A model generated the notes under the pieces. It was not told where the DNA came from, ran no database searches, and saw nothing but the letters and a program-made list of their open reading frames with translations. A DNA stretch of 64,000 bases from Candidatus Aminicenantes bacterium (GTDB lineage Bacteria > Acidobacteriota > Aminicenantia > UBA2199), in NCBI GenBank assembly GCA_011049425.1, contig DSBM01000125.1:1553-65552 (forward strand), in the 5' to 3' direction. Of the stretch, positions 57,030 through 64,000 are shown piece by piece. Position 1 is the first letter of the stretch. Every line of letters begins with the position of its first letter. The position numbers and the translations under genes are program-made.

Positions 57030-58304
57030 TTACATGGGCGGTGCTTCGTTCTCTTGCATGAGGCCATGCTTGTGCATCAGGTTAAACAAATGGGTGCGAC
57101 TGATGCGCAGGCTGGCTGCGGCCCGGCCCCGGCTCCAGCGGAATTGCTGCAATGTGCGCAACACAATGGAGCGCTCAAATGCGTTGCGTTGTTCCTTCAG
57201 GCCCGGAACAGAACAACTGATTTTGTATCCATCTTCTTCAAAATTGGGATAAAACGTAACCAAGCGCTTGATGCGGGCCTCCAACTGGCGCACATTTCCG
57301 GGCCAATCTTGTCTGTAAAGATGGGACATAAAGCTGTTAAACGCCTGCTCGTCGATGTGGTTCAAGCCCAGCCGCTTCAGCAAATGCCGCGTCAGCAAGG
57401 GGATATCTTCCAGACGTTCCCGCAAAGGGGGAACCCGAACCTGCAGGTCCTGAATGCGATAGAACAGGTCCTTTCGAAAAGCACCCCGGCGGATCATGCA
57501 GGGAAGATCCTGGTGGGTGGCCGATACCAGGCGAACATCAACAGTGCGAGGCTCATTTTCACCCAGGCGGCGGATCTCTCCCTCCTGCAACACCCGCAGC
57601 AGTTTGGCCTGCAAAGGAATGGACAGGTCGCCGATCTCATCCAGAAACAGAGTGCCGCCGCGGGCGGATTCGATCAGTCCCCGGCGCTCTCGCGCGGCGC
57701 CCGTAAAGGCTCCCCGCGAATGGCCGAATAATTCAGCCTCCATTAGAGTTTCGGGCAGGGCCGCACAGTTTACCGCCACGAAAAGGTTGGATGCACACCG
57801 GCTCAACTCGTGAACAGCCCGTGCGACCAACTCTTTGCCGGTGCCACTCTCGCCGACAATCAACAATGAGAAATCAACCCGGCCGAAACGCTGAATGCGG
57901 CGTTTCAACTGCTGGATCGCCGGGGAACAACCCACAATCCGCGCCAGCGGATCCGATCCATTGCCACCGTCCCGGCGGGGTCCGCATCCGGCCCTTTCCA
58001 ATCGATTCTGCATCCTTCCCCTCACAATCAGGCGAGCAATCTGCATACCAAAACCAAAAACCCGGAAATTGGCTTGGCAATACGTCTGGAATGGAGATTC
58101 CACAAGAGCGCGAAATGGGGGAAACGGAAACTTCCTGGAAACAGCCAGAGTTTTTCTTGCCCACATGGGGTATTTCCAAATTTGTGCAGGCTGAGTTGCG
58201 ATACGTTTCCAATCGGACGCCCGCTTAAAAAACGCCTTCGCCTCTAAATCCGCAACCCCCGCTTGATCACGTTGCCGGTGTGTGCTATGAGAAAGTCGAT
58301 CCAA
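57030..58304 (-). CDS. sigma-54 enhancer-binding protein (AAA+ and Fis HTH), no receiver domain
   Basis: GESGTGKELVARAVH Walker A, GAFTGA, ESELFGH, C-terminal HTH (RTHLFNLMHKHGL); N-terminal ~95 aa unassigned; alternative start ATG 58013 with RBS GAGGGGAAGG would give a PspF-like minimal 327-aa EBP. Confidence 0.8.
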   Translation of the reverse strand: MDRLSHSTHRQRDQAGVADLEAKAFFKRASDWKRIATQPAQIWKYPMWARKTLAVSRKFPFPPFRALVESPFQTYCQANFRVFGFGMQIARLIVRGRMQNRLERAGCGPRRDGGNGSDPLARIVGCSPAIQQLKRRIQRFGRVDFSLLIVGESGTGKELVARAVHELSRCASNLFVAVNCAALPETLMEAELFGHSRGAFTGAARERRGLIESARGGTLFLDEIGDLSIPLQAKLLRVLQEGEIRRLGENEPRTVDVRLVSATHQDLPCMIRRGAFRKDLFYRIQDLQVRVPPLRERLEDIPLLTRHLLKRLGLNHIDEQAFNSFMSHLYRQDWPGNVRQLEARIKRLVTFYPNFEEDGYKISCSVPGLKEQRNAFERSIVLRTLQQFRWSRGRAAASLRISRTHLFNLMHKHGLMQENEAPPM

Positions 58305-58364
58305 TCACGATTCGGGCGGCAAGGGGCGAGATACGGACAAAGTGCAAGCCCGAAAGGAGTGGGT

Positions 58365-59154
58365 ATGACTGAAGGCAGGATCCTGAATCGCTGGATGGTT
58401 GTGGCGGGAGCTGTGTTGATTCAACTCTGTCTGGGGGCCATTTACGCCTGGAGTGTTTTTACCAAACCCCTGGTGGAAGCCCCGGGGCTGGTCCCCTCCG
58501 CAATTGCATCAATCTCAAATCGGTATTGATAGAGAGTTCTCAAGCCGCAGCATGCTGCGCACCCCCCAATACTACATGATCCTGTTGACCTTTGTGTTCG
58601 GGGCCGGGGCGGGTCTGATGAGCATTGGTTTGATGAAGCTCTTTCCCATGGTGGCCCTCACCGCCCGGGGTATGGATCTGGCCTCGGCAAGCGCCGTCGC
58701 CGGTACCGCCATGGCGGTTTTTTTCTCTCTGGCCAACGGCCTGGGACGTATCGTTTGGGGCGCCATCTGTGAAAAACTGGGGGTCAGGGCTTCCATGACC
58801 ACCATGATGGCCGCCCAGGGCATCATGGTCCTGGCCTTCCCGCTCATGGCCGGCAGCAAAATACTGTTGTATGCGGGAGCGGCCATGATCGGATTCAACT
58901 TCGGTAGGAATTTTGCACTGCTCCCCATGATTACCGCTGAAACCTTCGGCACCCGCTCGGTGGGACAGAACTACGGGTGGGTTTTCCTGGCCTACGGCAT
59001 CGGCGGAATCGCCGGTCCCATTATGGGCGGGAAACTCGGCGACCTGGGCAACTTCCCCTTCGCCTTCAGCATTTGCGGTATTCTCTGCCTGCTGGCGGCG
59101 GTTATCATTTCCCGGGTGCGACCGCCTGTACGCACAGAGATGACGAGCGCTTGA
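58365..59154 (+). pseudogene. MFS transporter (oxalate/formate antiporter family) remnant: TM1 + C-terminal half in different frames
   Basis: Frame 0 from ATG 58365 (RBS AAAGGAG): MTEGRILNRWMVVAGAVLIQLCLGAIYAWSVFTKPLVEA then stop at 58529; +1 frame 58453-59154 encodes ...LRTPQYYMILLTFVFGAGAGLM... = second 6-TM half of OFA-type MFS; TM2-6 absent. Confidence 0.5.
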
Positions 59155-59292
59155 CATGCCGGCTAGAGAAATACTTTGCCTGAAACCGCTTTTTCGCAAA
59201 CACCCGGCTTCTTTCGTGCTGCAACCCACACCAAACGCGGGAGAACCAAAAATTTAAAAGGGTTGACGCCGCGATGGTGGCCGGATCAGCGA

Positions 59293-62200
59293 TCAGCCGG
59301 TACGTTCCCGGACTTCCTCGAACAGTTTGGCCACGTCGCGATAATCGGGATCGATGGCCATCATCTCGCCCAGAATCTTTAAGGCAGTGGGCAAATCTTC
59401 GCCCAAGCGATAACATAAAACAAGTTCATAGCGGATGGCCATGTACTCCCCCTGGCTGCGTCCCCCTACATCCAGAGCTTTCTGCAACCAGGTAATCGCC
59501 TCGGAAAACATGCCTTTCTCGCGAAAACACAACCCCAGTAAGCCTGCGGAATCAAAAAACTTCTCGGGATGCTTTGCCGAGATCAGAAACTCATGGATGG
59601 CCTCTTCCAGCAATCCCATCTCCTTGTAGGCAATCCCAAGATTGTAACGGGTGTCAAAGTCGCCTTCCCCGATCTTTTCATCCACACCCTTCTTGAACTC
59701 CCGGAAGATCTCCATCATGTTCTTTTCCGTGGTGGAAGTTCGCTGACGTTCGATCTCTTTCATCCACGCCTCGATCACTTCCCGCTCCACGGCGACGGAA
59801 TTTTCCGTCTCCAGGAACTCCTCCACGTCCATCATGAGGTCGCCATCGCTCAACAAGGTTTCGTCGCTGTCAAATGGAGAAGCTTCTTTTCCCAGATCGC
59901 CGAACGGGGATTCCGCTTCCGCACCGGTTTCTTCAGGGATCATGATGTCGTCGATGTCCAACAGATTATCAACGGAAGACTGCATGCGTTCTTCTTTGAA
60001 AGCCCCTGAACTATCCGGACCCACAATCAGGTTTTCGCGATCAACGTCTTGGGCCGGCAAATCCCGGCCTTCAACCGGTTCTTCCAGGTCAATTTCAAAA
60101 GAGATGCTTTCCATTTCCTCAAATCCCGGACTCGCCGTTACTTTTTCTTCAGCGGACATGTCAATCCCTGTTTCACTCAGGGGCATCTCCCGCGAATCCT
60201 CATCTTCCTGCCGGGTTAAGGATTCATCGGAGATGGACGACTGGATATTGAACAGGTCGAAATCTTCTCTGCTTTGCTTTTCTTTATTTGGGACGGATTG
60301 TGGTTGCGCGTCTTCCAGATTATCAAGATCCAGGAAAAGATCTTCGATAGACTCTTGAGAGGGTTGTGAAACCGGGGGTGGCGGTGTTTGTTCTTTTTTG
60401 TCGGAGGTCAGCTTGTGCGACTCGATTTCAAAACCACCGAGATCGATATCCAGTTCCAGGGATTCTTCATCTACTTTGACGAGCTGTTCCTCCACGGGGA
60501 TCGATTCAGTCACCATCTCTTTCTCCCGGGCACCCGTATCCTCAGGCAATGTGCCGGGAAGGAAAGATTCGTCCTGCTTGAGTTGCTCCAGCCGTCGCAA
60601 CCGTTCTTTTACTTCGGGATGATCCGGGATCTGGCGCCGCAAAGCATTGAGCATCTGGCGGGCATTGTCCAGGCGGCCGTTCTCCAGCAAACCATCCAAT
60701 TCCGCCAGCATTTGCGCCAACGCGGATTCAGGAATGGCTTCCCCGTCTGTCTCCGAACCTTGTGTTTTGTCTGTCGCCATTCCATCTTCATCGGTTAACA
60801 GAAACACATCGTCTTCATGACTTTCTTCTTCCTGGGGAAAATCGATCTCATGCAACCGGCCGGTATTCAACTCCTCGATTTGCTCATTCAACTCATCCTG
60901 CGTAAAATCGATCTCGATATTGGTTTTTTCGTTCAGTGTGTATTCCAAAAGCCGCGGATCATTGGGTTTCAACAGGGACAGGGTCTCCAGAAGGCGATTG
61001 AATTCCGGGACGTTGTTGCTGCTCCTGTAGATCTCCAGCAACTCAATACCCTCATCAACAAGCAATTCGAGCTGATTAAGCATTTGATATACATCAAACG
61101 CCTTGAGACGGATTTCAATGTTCTGGGGAAAAGTCTCTTTGGTTTTCTGCAGAATGCCGATGGCTTTGGTGGAATCCCCTTCACTGATGGCTTCATCCAC
61201 CACCTTCATGTTGAAACGGATGAATTGGCTTTGCTGTTTCTCTTCATCACTCATTTCCCGCGAAGATGATGAAGAGTCCGAACGCTTACCCCGCAAGCGG
61301 GCCAGGTGTTCTTCGTAAGTAAACGAGGAATCCGACAACCGGATCAACTCTTCCAGTATATTTTCCAACTCGGCTTTCATTTCCTCTTCTTCGTAGATCG
61401 GGATCAGGGACTCATACAACGCAATCAGGTTGCTTTTCTTGCCGCTGGCCTTGAAAATGGATGCCAGCTTCAACAATGCGGGGATGTGGCTGGAATTGGA
61501 AGCAATAATGAAACGCAACAGAGACGTGGCCTCTTCAAAACGCTGCGCTTCAATGGCCTGATCAATAATGGGCAGGAACAATTGAAACGTTTTGTCGTAC
61601 TCCCGGCGTTGCAGATAGACCTTACCCAACTTGAGAATGACTTCTTTTTCCTCTGGATTGATCTCGGTGATTTTCTGAAAGATCTTTTCCGCTTCGTCCA
61701 GGCGATTGCTGCGGAAATACAGTTCCCCCAACAGCTTCAGCAGGGAACTGCTCTTGAACAGCGTTGATCCCAGAGAGGTCAGCAATTCGATTGCTTTCTG
61801 TTCCTGCTCCTGGTTGGTATAGCAGTTGACCAGTTTTTCCACCAGTTTGGGATTCTGGGTCTTTTTCAAGACTTCCCGCAACACCTCTTCAGCCCGGTCA
61901 AAATCCTTTTTTGTAATCAACCGATCAGCGGCAATCACATATTCCGTTACCGCGCTGTCTTCTTCCCCCTCCCGCAAATAGTGATCCGCCAGCAACAGTC
62001 GCATTTTGAGATTGTTGCGGTCAAACTCCAGGATGCGCTTGTACATATCCAGCGCGCGCTTGTGGTTGTTTTTGCGCTTACTCTCCTCTGCCAGGTCCAG
62101 GTAGATCTGCTTGGCCTCGATCACCAGCCCCTGCTTGGTATAAAGGTCGGCCAATTTGAAATAGACGTCCTCGTAATTGGGACTCACCCGGGTAATGCGC

Positions 62201-62451
62201 TTGTACATGGCGATGGCTTTGGAAAAGAATCCTTCCTTGAGGTAGTAATCCGCAATCCATTCAAAATGCTCCACCGCGGAATTGACGTCGTGCTGTTTTA
62301 AAAAGAGATCACCCAGGATGCGACGGGTTTCCAAATCGTCCGGTTTCAGTTCCAAAAGCCGCCGATATTGCTTGATGGCGGCATCAATCTTGCCCTGCCC
62401 AAGGCATTTCTGCGCGCTTCTTTGCAAGGTCAAACGCTTTTCTACTGCCAT
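59293..62451 (-). CDS. 1052-aa TPR-repeat protein with ~450-aa acidic low-complexity central region
   Basis: N-terminal ~380 aa and C-terminal ~150 aa are TPR-like (LGDLFLKQHDVNSAVEHF..., YNLGIAYKEMGLLEEAIHEF); central region rich in D/E/S with no TM. Confidence 0.75.
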   Translation of the reverse strand: MAVEKRLTLQRSAQKCLGQGKIDAAIKQYRRLLELKPDDLETRRILGDLFLKQHDVNSAVEHFEWIADYYLKEGFFSKAIAMYKRITRVSPNYEDVYFKLADLYTKQGLVIEAKQIYLDLAEESKRKNNHKRALDMYKRILEFDRNNLKMRLLLADHYLREGEEDSAVTEYVIAADRLITKKDFDRAEEVLREVLKKTQNPKLVEKLVNCYTNQEQEQKAIELLTSLGSTLFKSSSLLKLLGELYFRSNRLDEAEKIFQKITEINPEEKEVILKLGKVYLQRREYDKTFQLFLPIIDQAIEAQRFEEATSLLRFIIASNSSHIPALLKLASIFKASGKKSNLIALYESLIPIYEEEEMKAELENILEELIRLSDSSFTYEEHLARLRGKRSDSSSSSREMSDEEKQQSQFIRFNMKVVDEAISEGDSTKAIGILQKTKETFPQNIEIRLKAFDVYQMLNQLELLVDEGIELLEIYRSSNNVPEFNRLLETLSLLKPNDPRLLEYTLNEKTNIEIDFTQDELNEQIEELNTGRLHEIDFPQEEESHEDDVFLLTDEDGMATDKTQGSETDGEAIPESALAQMLAELDGLLENGRLDNARQMLNALRRQIPDHPEVKERLRRLEQLKQDESFLPGTLPEDTGAREKEMVTESIPVEEQLVKVDEESLELDIDLGGFEIESHKLTSDKKEQTPPPPVSQPSQESIEDLFLDLDNLEDAQPQSVPNKEKQSREDFDLFNIQSSISDESLTRQEDEDSREMPLSETGIDMSAEEKVTASPGFEEMESISFEIDLEEPVEGRDLPAQDVDRENLIVGPDSSGAFKEERMQSSVDNLLDIDDIMIPEETGAEAESPFGDLGKEASPFDSDETLLSDGDLMMDVEEFLETENSVAVEREVIEAWMKEIERQRTSTTEKNMMEIFREFKKGVDEKIGEGDFDTRYNLGIAYKEMGLLEEAIHEFLISAKHPEKFFDSAGLLGLCFREKGMFSEAITWLQKALDVGGRSQGEYMAIRYELVLCYRLGEDLPTALKILGEMMAIDPDYRDVAKLFEEVRERTG

Positions 62452-63041
62452 AGGACCTTCCTGAAACTGCGGCGATGGAATGGTGTAGTCCCATGGTGCT
62501 TTAAGGCGAGTATATGTCGGACGCTGGGATATCCCTTATTGGCACTCAGTTCATATTCAGGGAACCAGCCTGCCATCCGGATCATCAAGTCGTCCCGGAA
62601 CACCTTGGCGATAATGGATGCCGCCGCCACGGACAGACTACAATCATCCCCATGGAGAATGCCGGCTCCCCGAACCGGCAAAAAATCGGGCTTCATGCCA
62701 TCTATTAGAACATAATCAGGGGGGATTTGCAATCCGGCAACGGCTCGTGCCATGGCTACCCGCGTGGCCTGCAGAATGTTGATGCGGTCAATGGCGTCAT
62801 TCCAACACCAGCCGATGGACCACGCCCTGGCAATCGCGTAAATCACCGTCGCCAACTCAACGCGTCGGCGGGCGGAAAGACGTTTGGAGTCCCGGATACG
62901 AAAATCCAGGTTCAAGGGATCAAGGATTACCGCCCCCGCTACCACAGGTCCAAAAAGAGCTCCGCGGCCGACCTCATCTACACCGCAGATAAAACGACAC
63001 CCCTGATCCAATTGTTCCCTTTCCAGGGAAAAATCGGTCAT
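62442..63041 (-). CDS. rnhB: ribonuclease HII
   Basis: 199 aa; ICGVDEVGRGALFGPVVAGAVIL N-terminal DEDD motif region; conserved rplS-rnhB synteny. Confidence 0.9.
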   Translation of the reverse strand: MTDFSLEREQLDQGCRFICGVDEVGRGALFGPVVAGAVILDPLNLDFRIRDSKRLSARRRVELATVIYAIARAWSIGWCWNDAIDRINILQATRVAMARAVAGLQIPPDYVLIDGMKPDFLPVRGAGILHGDDCSLSVAAASIIAKVFRDDLMIRMAGWFPEYELSANKGYPSVRHILALKHHGTTPFHRRSFRKVLWQ

Positions 63042-63385
63042 TACCGCAGTTCTTTCAATCTTGCCGCACGCCCGCGCCGACTGCGCAGGAAATAGAGCTT
63101 GGCCCTGCGGATCCGTGAATGACGGTTCACCTTGATCGTCTGCACCAGCTTGGAGTTCAAAGGAAAGATACGTTCCACGGAGACGCCGAATGAAGTTTTG
63201 CGAACCGTGACCGTGCGGGAGATGCCTCGGTTGTTCTGGGCGATCACCGTTCCCTCGAACACCTGGATCCGCTCCTTGCCCCCCTCAATCACGCGATAGT
63301 GGACGGCCACGATATCGCCGGTGCGAATCCGGGGAAGATCATCCCGAGGCGTCTGGTATTCGTACAAATCATGAGATGAAAACAC
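63041..63385 (-). CDS. rplS: 50S ribosomal protein L19 (GTG start; alternative ATG at 63502 would add a 39-aa acidic extension)
   Basis: C-terminal 110 aa align to L19 (RIRTGDIVAVHYRVIEGGKERIQVFEGTVIA...RRAKLYFLRSRRGRAARLKE); GTG at 63385 preceded by AAAGGAA RBS gives canonical 114 aa. Confidence 0.8.
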   Translation of the reverse strand: MFSSHDLYEYQTPRDDLPRIRTGDIVAVHYRVIEGGKERIQVFEGTVIAQNNRGISRTVTVRKTSFGVSVERIFPLNSKLVQTIKVNRHSRIRRAKLYFLRSRRGRAARLKELR

Positions 63386-63628
63386 CCGCGGTTCCTTTTG
63401 ATCTGCCTGGGAAGGTTCGGCTCCGTTCCCGGAAGCTTCCCGGACTTCCCCTGTATGATCAGTATTCTGTTCTTCTTTGCCTTTATCTTCCGACATATTC
63501 ACTCCTCAATCCGGCCTGTTTTCGGGGATGTGATACCCAACGGAATCCCATTGTACTATTTTTTGCTTTCCAGTTCAATAGAGGACGGCTTGATTGACGC
63601 ATGCGCACGATTCTGCTATACAACTCCC

Positions 63629-64000
63629 ATGAAACGGACCGTTATCGGCCTGTTGCTGCTGGCAGCCTGTTTTTCTCTTTTTTCCTCTGATCCAGGGGAG
63701 TGGGAACAAGGAATCCGCACCTGCACGGCCATTCTTGAGCAGATACGGGCGTACCACCCTGAGCCTGTTGATGAAACGGAACTGGTCCATGCATCTTTAC
63801 ACGGATTGTTGGCAAAACTGGATCCTCATTCCTACTTCCTGGATGCGGATTCATTTCGCGCCATGTTCGAAGACCAACGGGGAAATTATTTCGGAATCGG
63901 GACCCGCATCCGTCGTATTGGGGGCCACCTGACGGTAATCGCCCCGATTGAGGGTACCCCGGCTTTTCGCCTGGGCATTCTTCCCGGAGACGTAATCGCC
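63629..64000 (+). CDS. S41 family C-terminal processing peptidase (partial, 5' end)
   Basis: ATG 63629, signal peptide MKRTVIGLLLLAACFSLFS, then ...LDPHSYFLDADSFRAMFEDQRGNYFGIGTRI...PAFRLGILPGDVI = Ctp N-terminal + PDZ entry; runs off window end. Confidence 0.7.
   Translation, partial: MKRTVIGLLLLAACFSLFSSDPGEWEQGIRTCTAILEQIRAYHPEPVDETELVHASLHGLLAKLDPHSYFLDADSFRAMFEDQRGNYFGIGTRIRRIGGHLTVIAPIEGTPAFRLGILPGDVIA

Noticed and set aside
1-64000. CRISPR arrays, IS elements, integrases, rRNA
   Set aside because: No arrays of short direct repeats, no transposase or integrase-like ORFs, and no rRNA-like conserved stretches were seen. The only repeats are the palindromic extragenic element (2 copies) and the 24761-24910 inverted repeat.

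Overview
This 64 kb window is GC-rich (roughly 57%), densely coding bacterial DNA with short or overlapping gene junctions (ATGA/GTGA start–stop overlaps). It reads as mostly core genome.

Gene content, in order:
- **1–10.2 kb, plus-strand block:** a partial CCA-adding tRNA nucleotidyltransferase and a PilZ-domain protein on the minus strand, then a beta-CASP MBL-fold RNase-like hydrolase, pilT, alaS, a lytic transglycosylase, a small membrane protein, a DAGK-type lipid kinase, a TlpA-like lipoprotein oxidoreductase and a thioredoxin.
- **10.3–11.0 kb:** an outer-membrane beta-barrel gene behind a near-consensus sigma-54 (-24/-12) promoter.
- **11.0–17.6 kb, minus-strand block:** tsaE, nnr, a 730-aa hypothetical protein with an E/R/K-rich tail, carbamate kinase and a cPGS-like P-loop protein.
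- **17.8–24.8 kb:** a Cas4/RecB-like PD-(D/E)XK nuclease fused to two topoisomerase-type zinc ribbons, a secreted CARDB-like protein with a tandem C-terminal module, a second lytic transglycosylase, a GH13 alpha-amylase-family enzyme, a mini PilZ protein and pth.
- **24.9–30.4 kb:** an OmpA/MotB-like protein, an S46 peptidase, tRNA-His(GTG), a SelB C-terminal fragment that lacks the GTPase domain, and a secreted TPR protein.
- **30.6–39.4 kb, glycine-themed run:** gcvT-gcvH-gcvPA-gcvPB-glyQ-glyS followed by radA.
- **39.6–41.8 kb:** a 616-aa hypothetical protein transcribed divergently from an HU gene that has a consensus-like sigma-70 promoter.
- **41.9–50.3 kb, minus-strand operon:** serS-pilC-pilB-pilM(like)-pilN-pilO-pilP-pilQ(secretin), i.e. 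type IV pilus / T2SS-like machinery with no pilin gene in the window.
- **50.5–53.2 kb:** a cytoplasmic histidine kinase and an NtrC-type sigma-54 response regulator.
- **53.2–58.3 kb, uncharacterised minus-strand operon:** a second sigma-54 enhancer-binding protein, three small unknown proteins (two membrane-associated), an ABC-2-like permease and an ABC-ATPase-like protein whose Walker A motif is degenerate.
- **58.4–64.0 kb:** an MFS/OFA transporter remnant with a frameshift and internal deletion, a 1052-aa TPR protein with a long acidic linker, rnhB, rplS, and the 5' end of an S41 C-terminal processing peptidase.

Non-coding features seen directly in the sequence:
- a palindromic extragenic repeat present at two convergent gene junctions, one copy carrying a ~130-bp insertion; in both copies the repeat end supplies the stop codon of the minus-strand gene;
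- a 150-bp inverted-repeat element between pth and the OmpA-like gene with promoter-like boxes in both arms;
- a bidirectional terminator hairpin after the HU gene.

No CRISPR array, IS element, rRNA or recognisable glycine riboswitch was seen.

The most system-like candidates for something undescribed are the sigma-54-EBP-led six-gene operon with the degenerate ABC ATPase (53.2–58.3 kb), the nuclease–zinc-ribbon fusion with its secreted CARDB partner, and the SelB fragment next to tRNA-His. None of these can be confirmed without searches.
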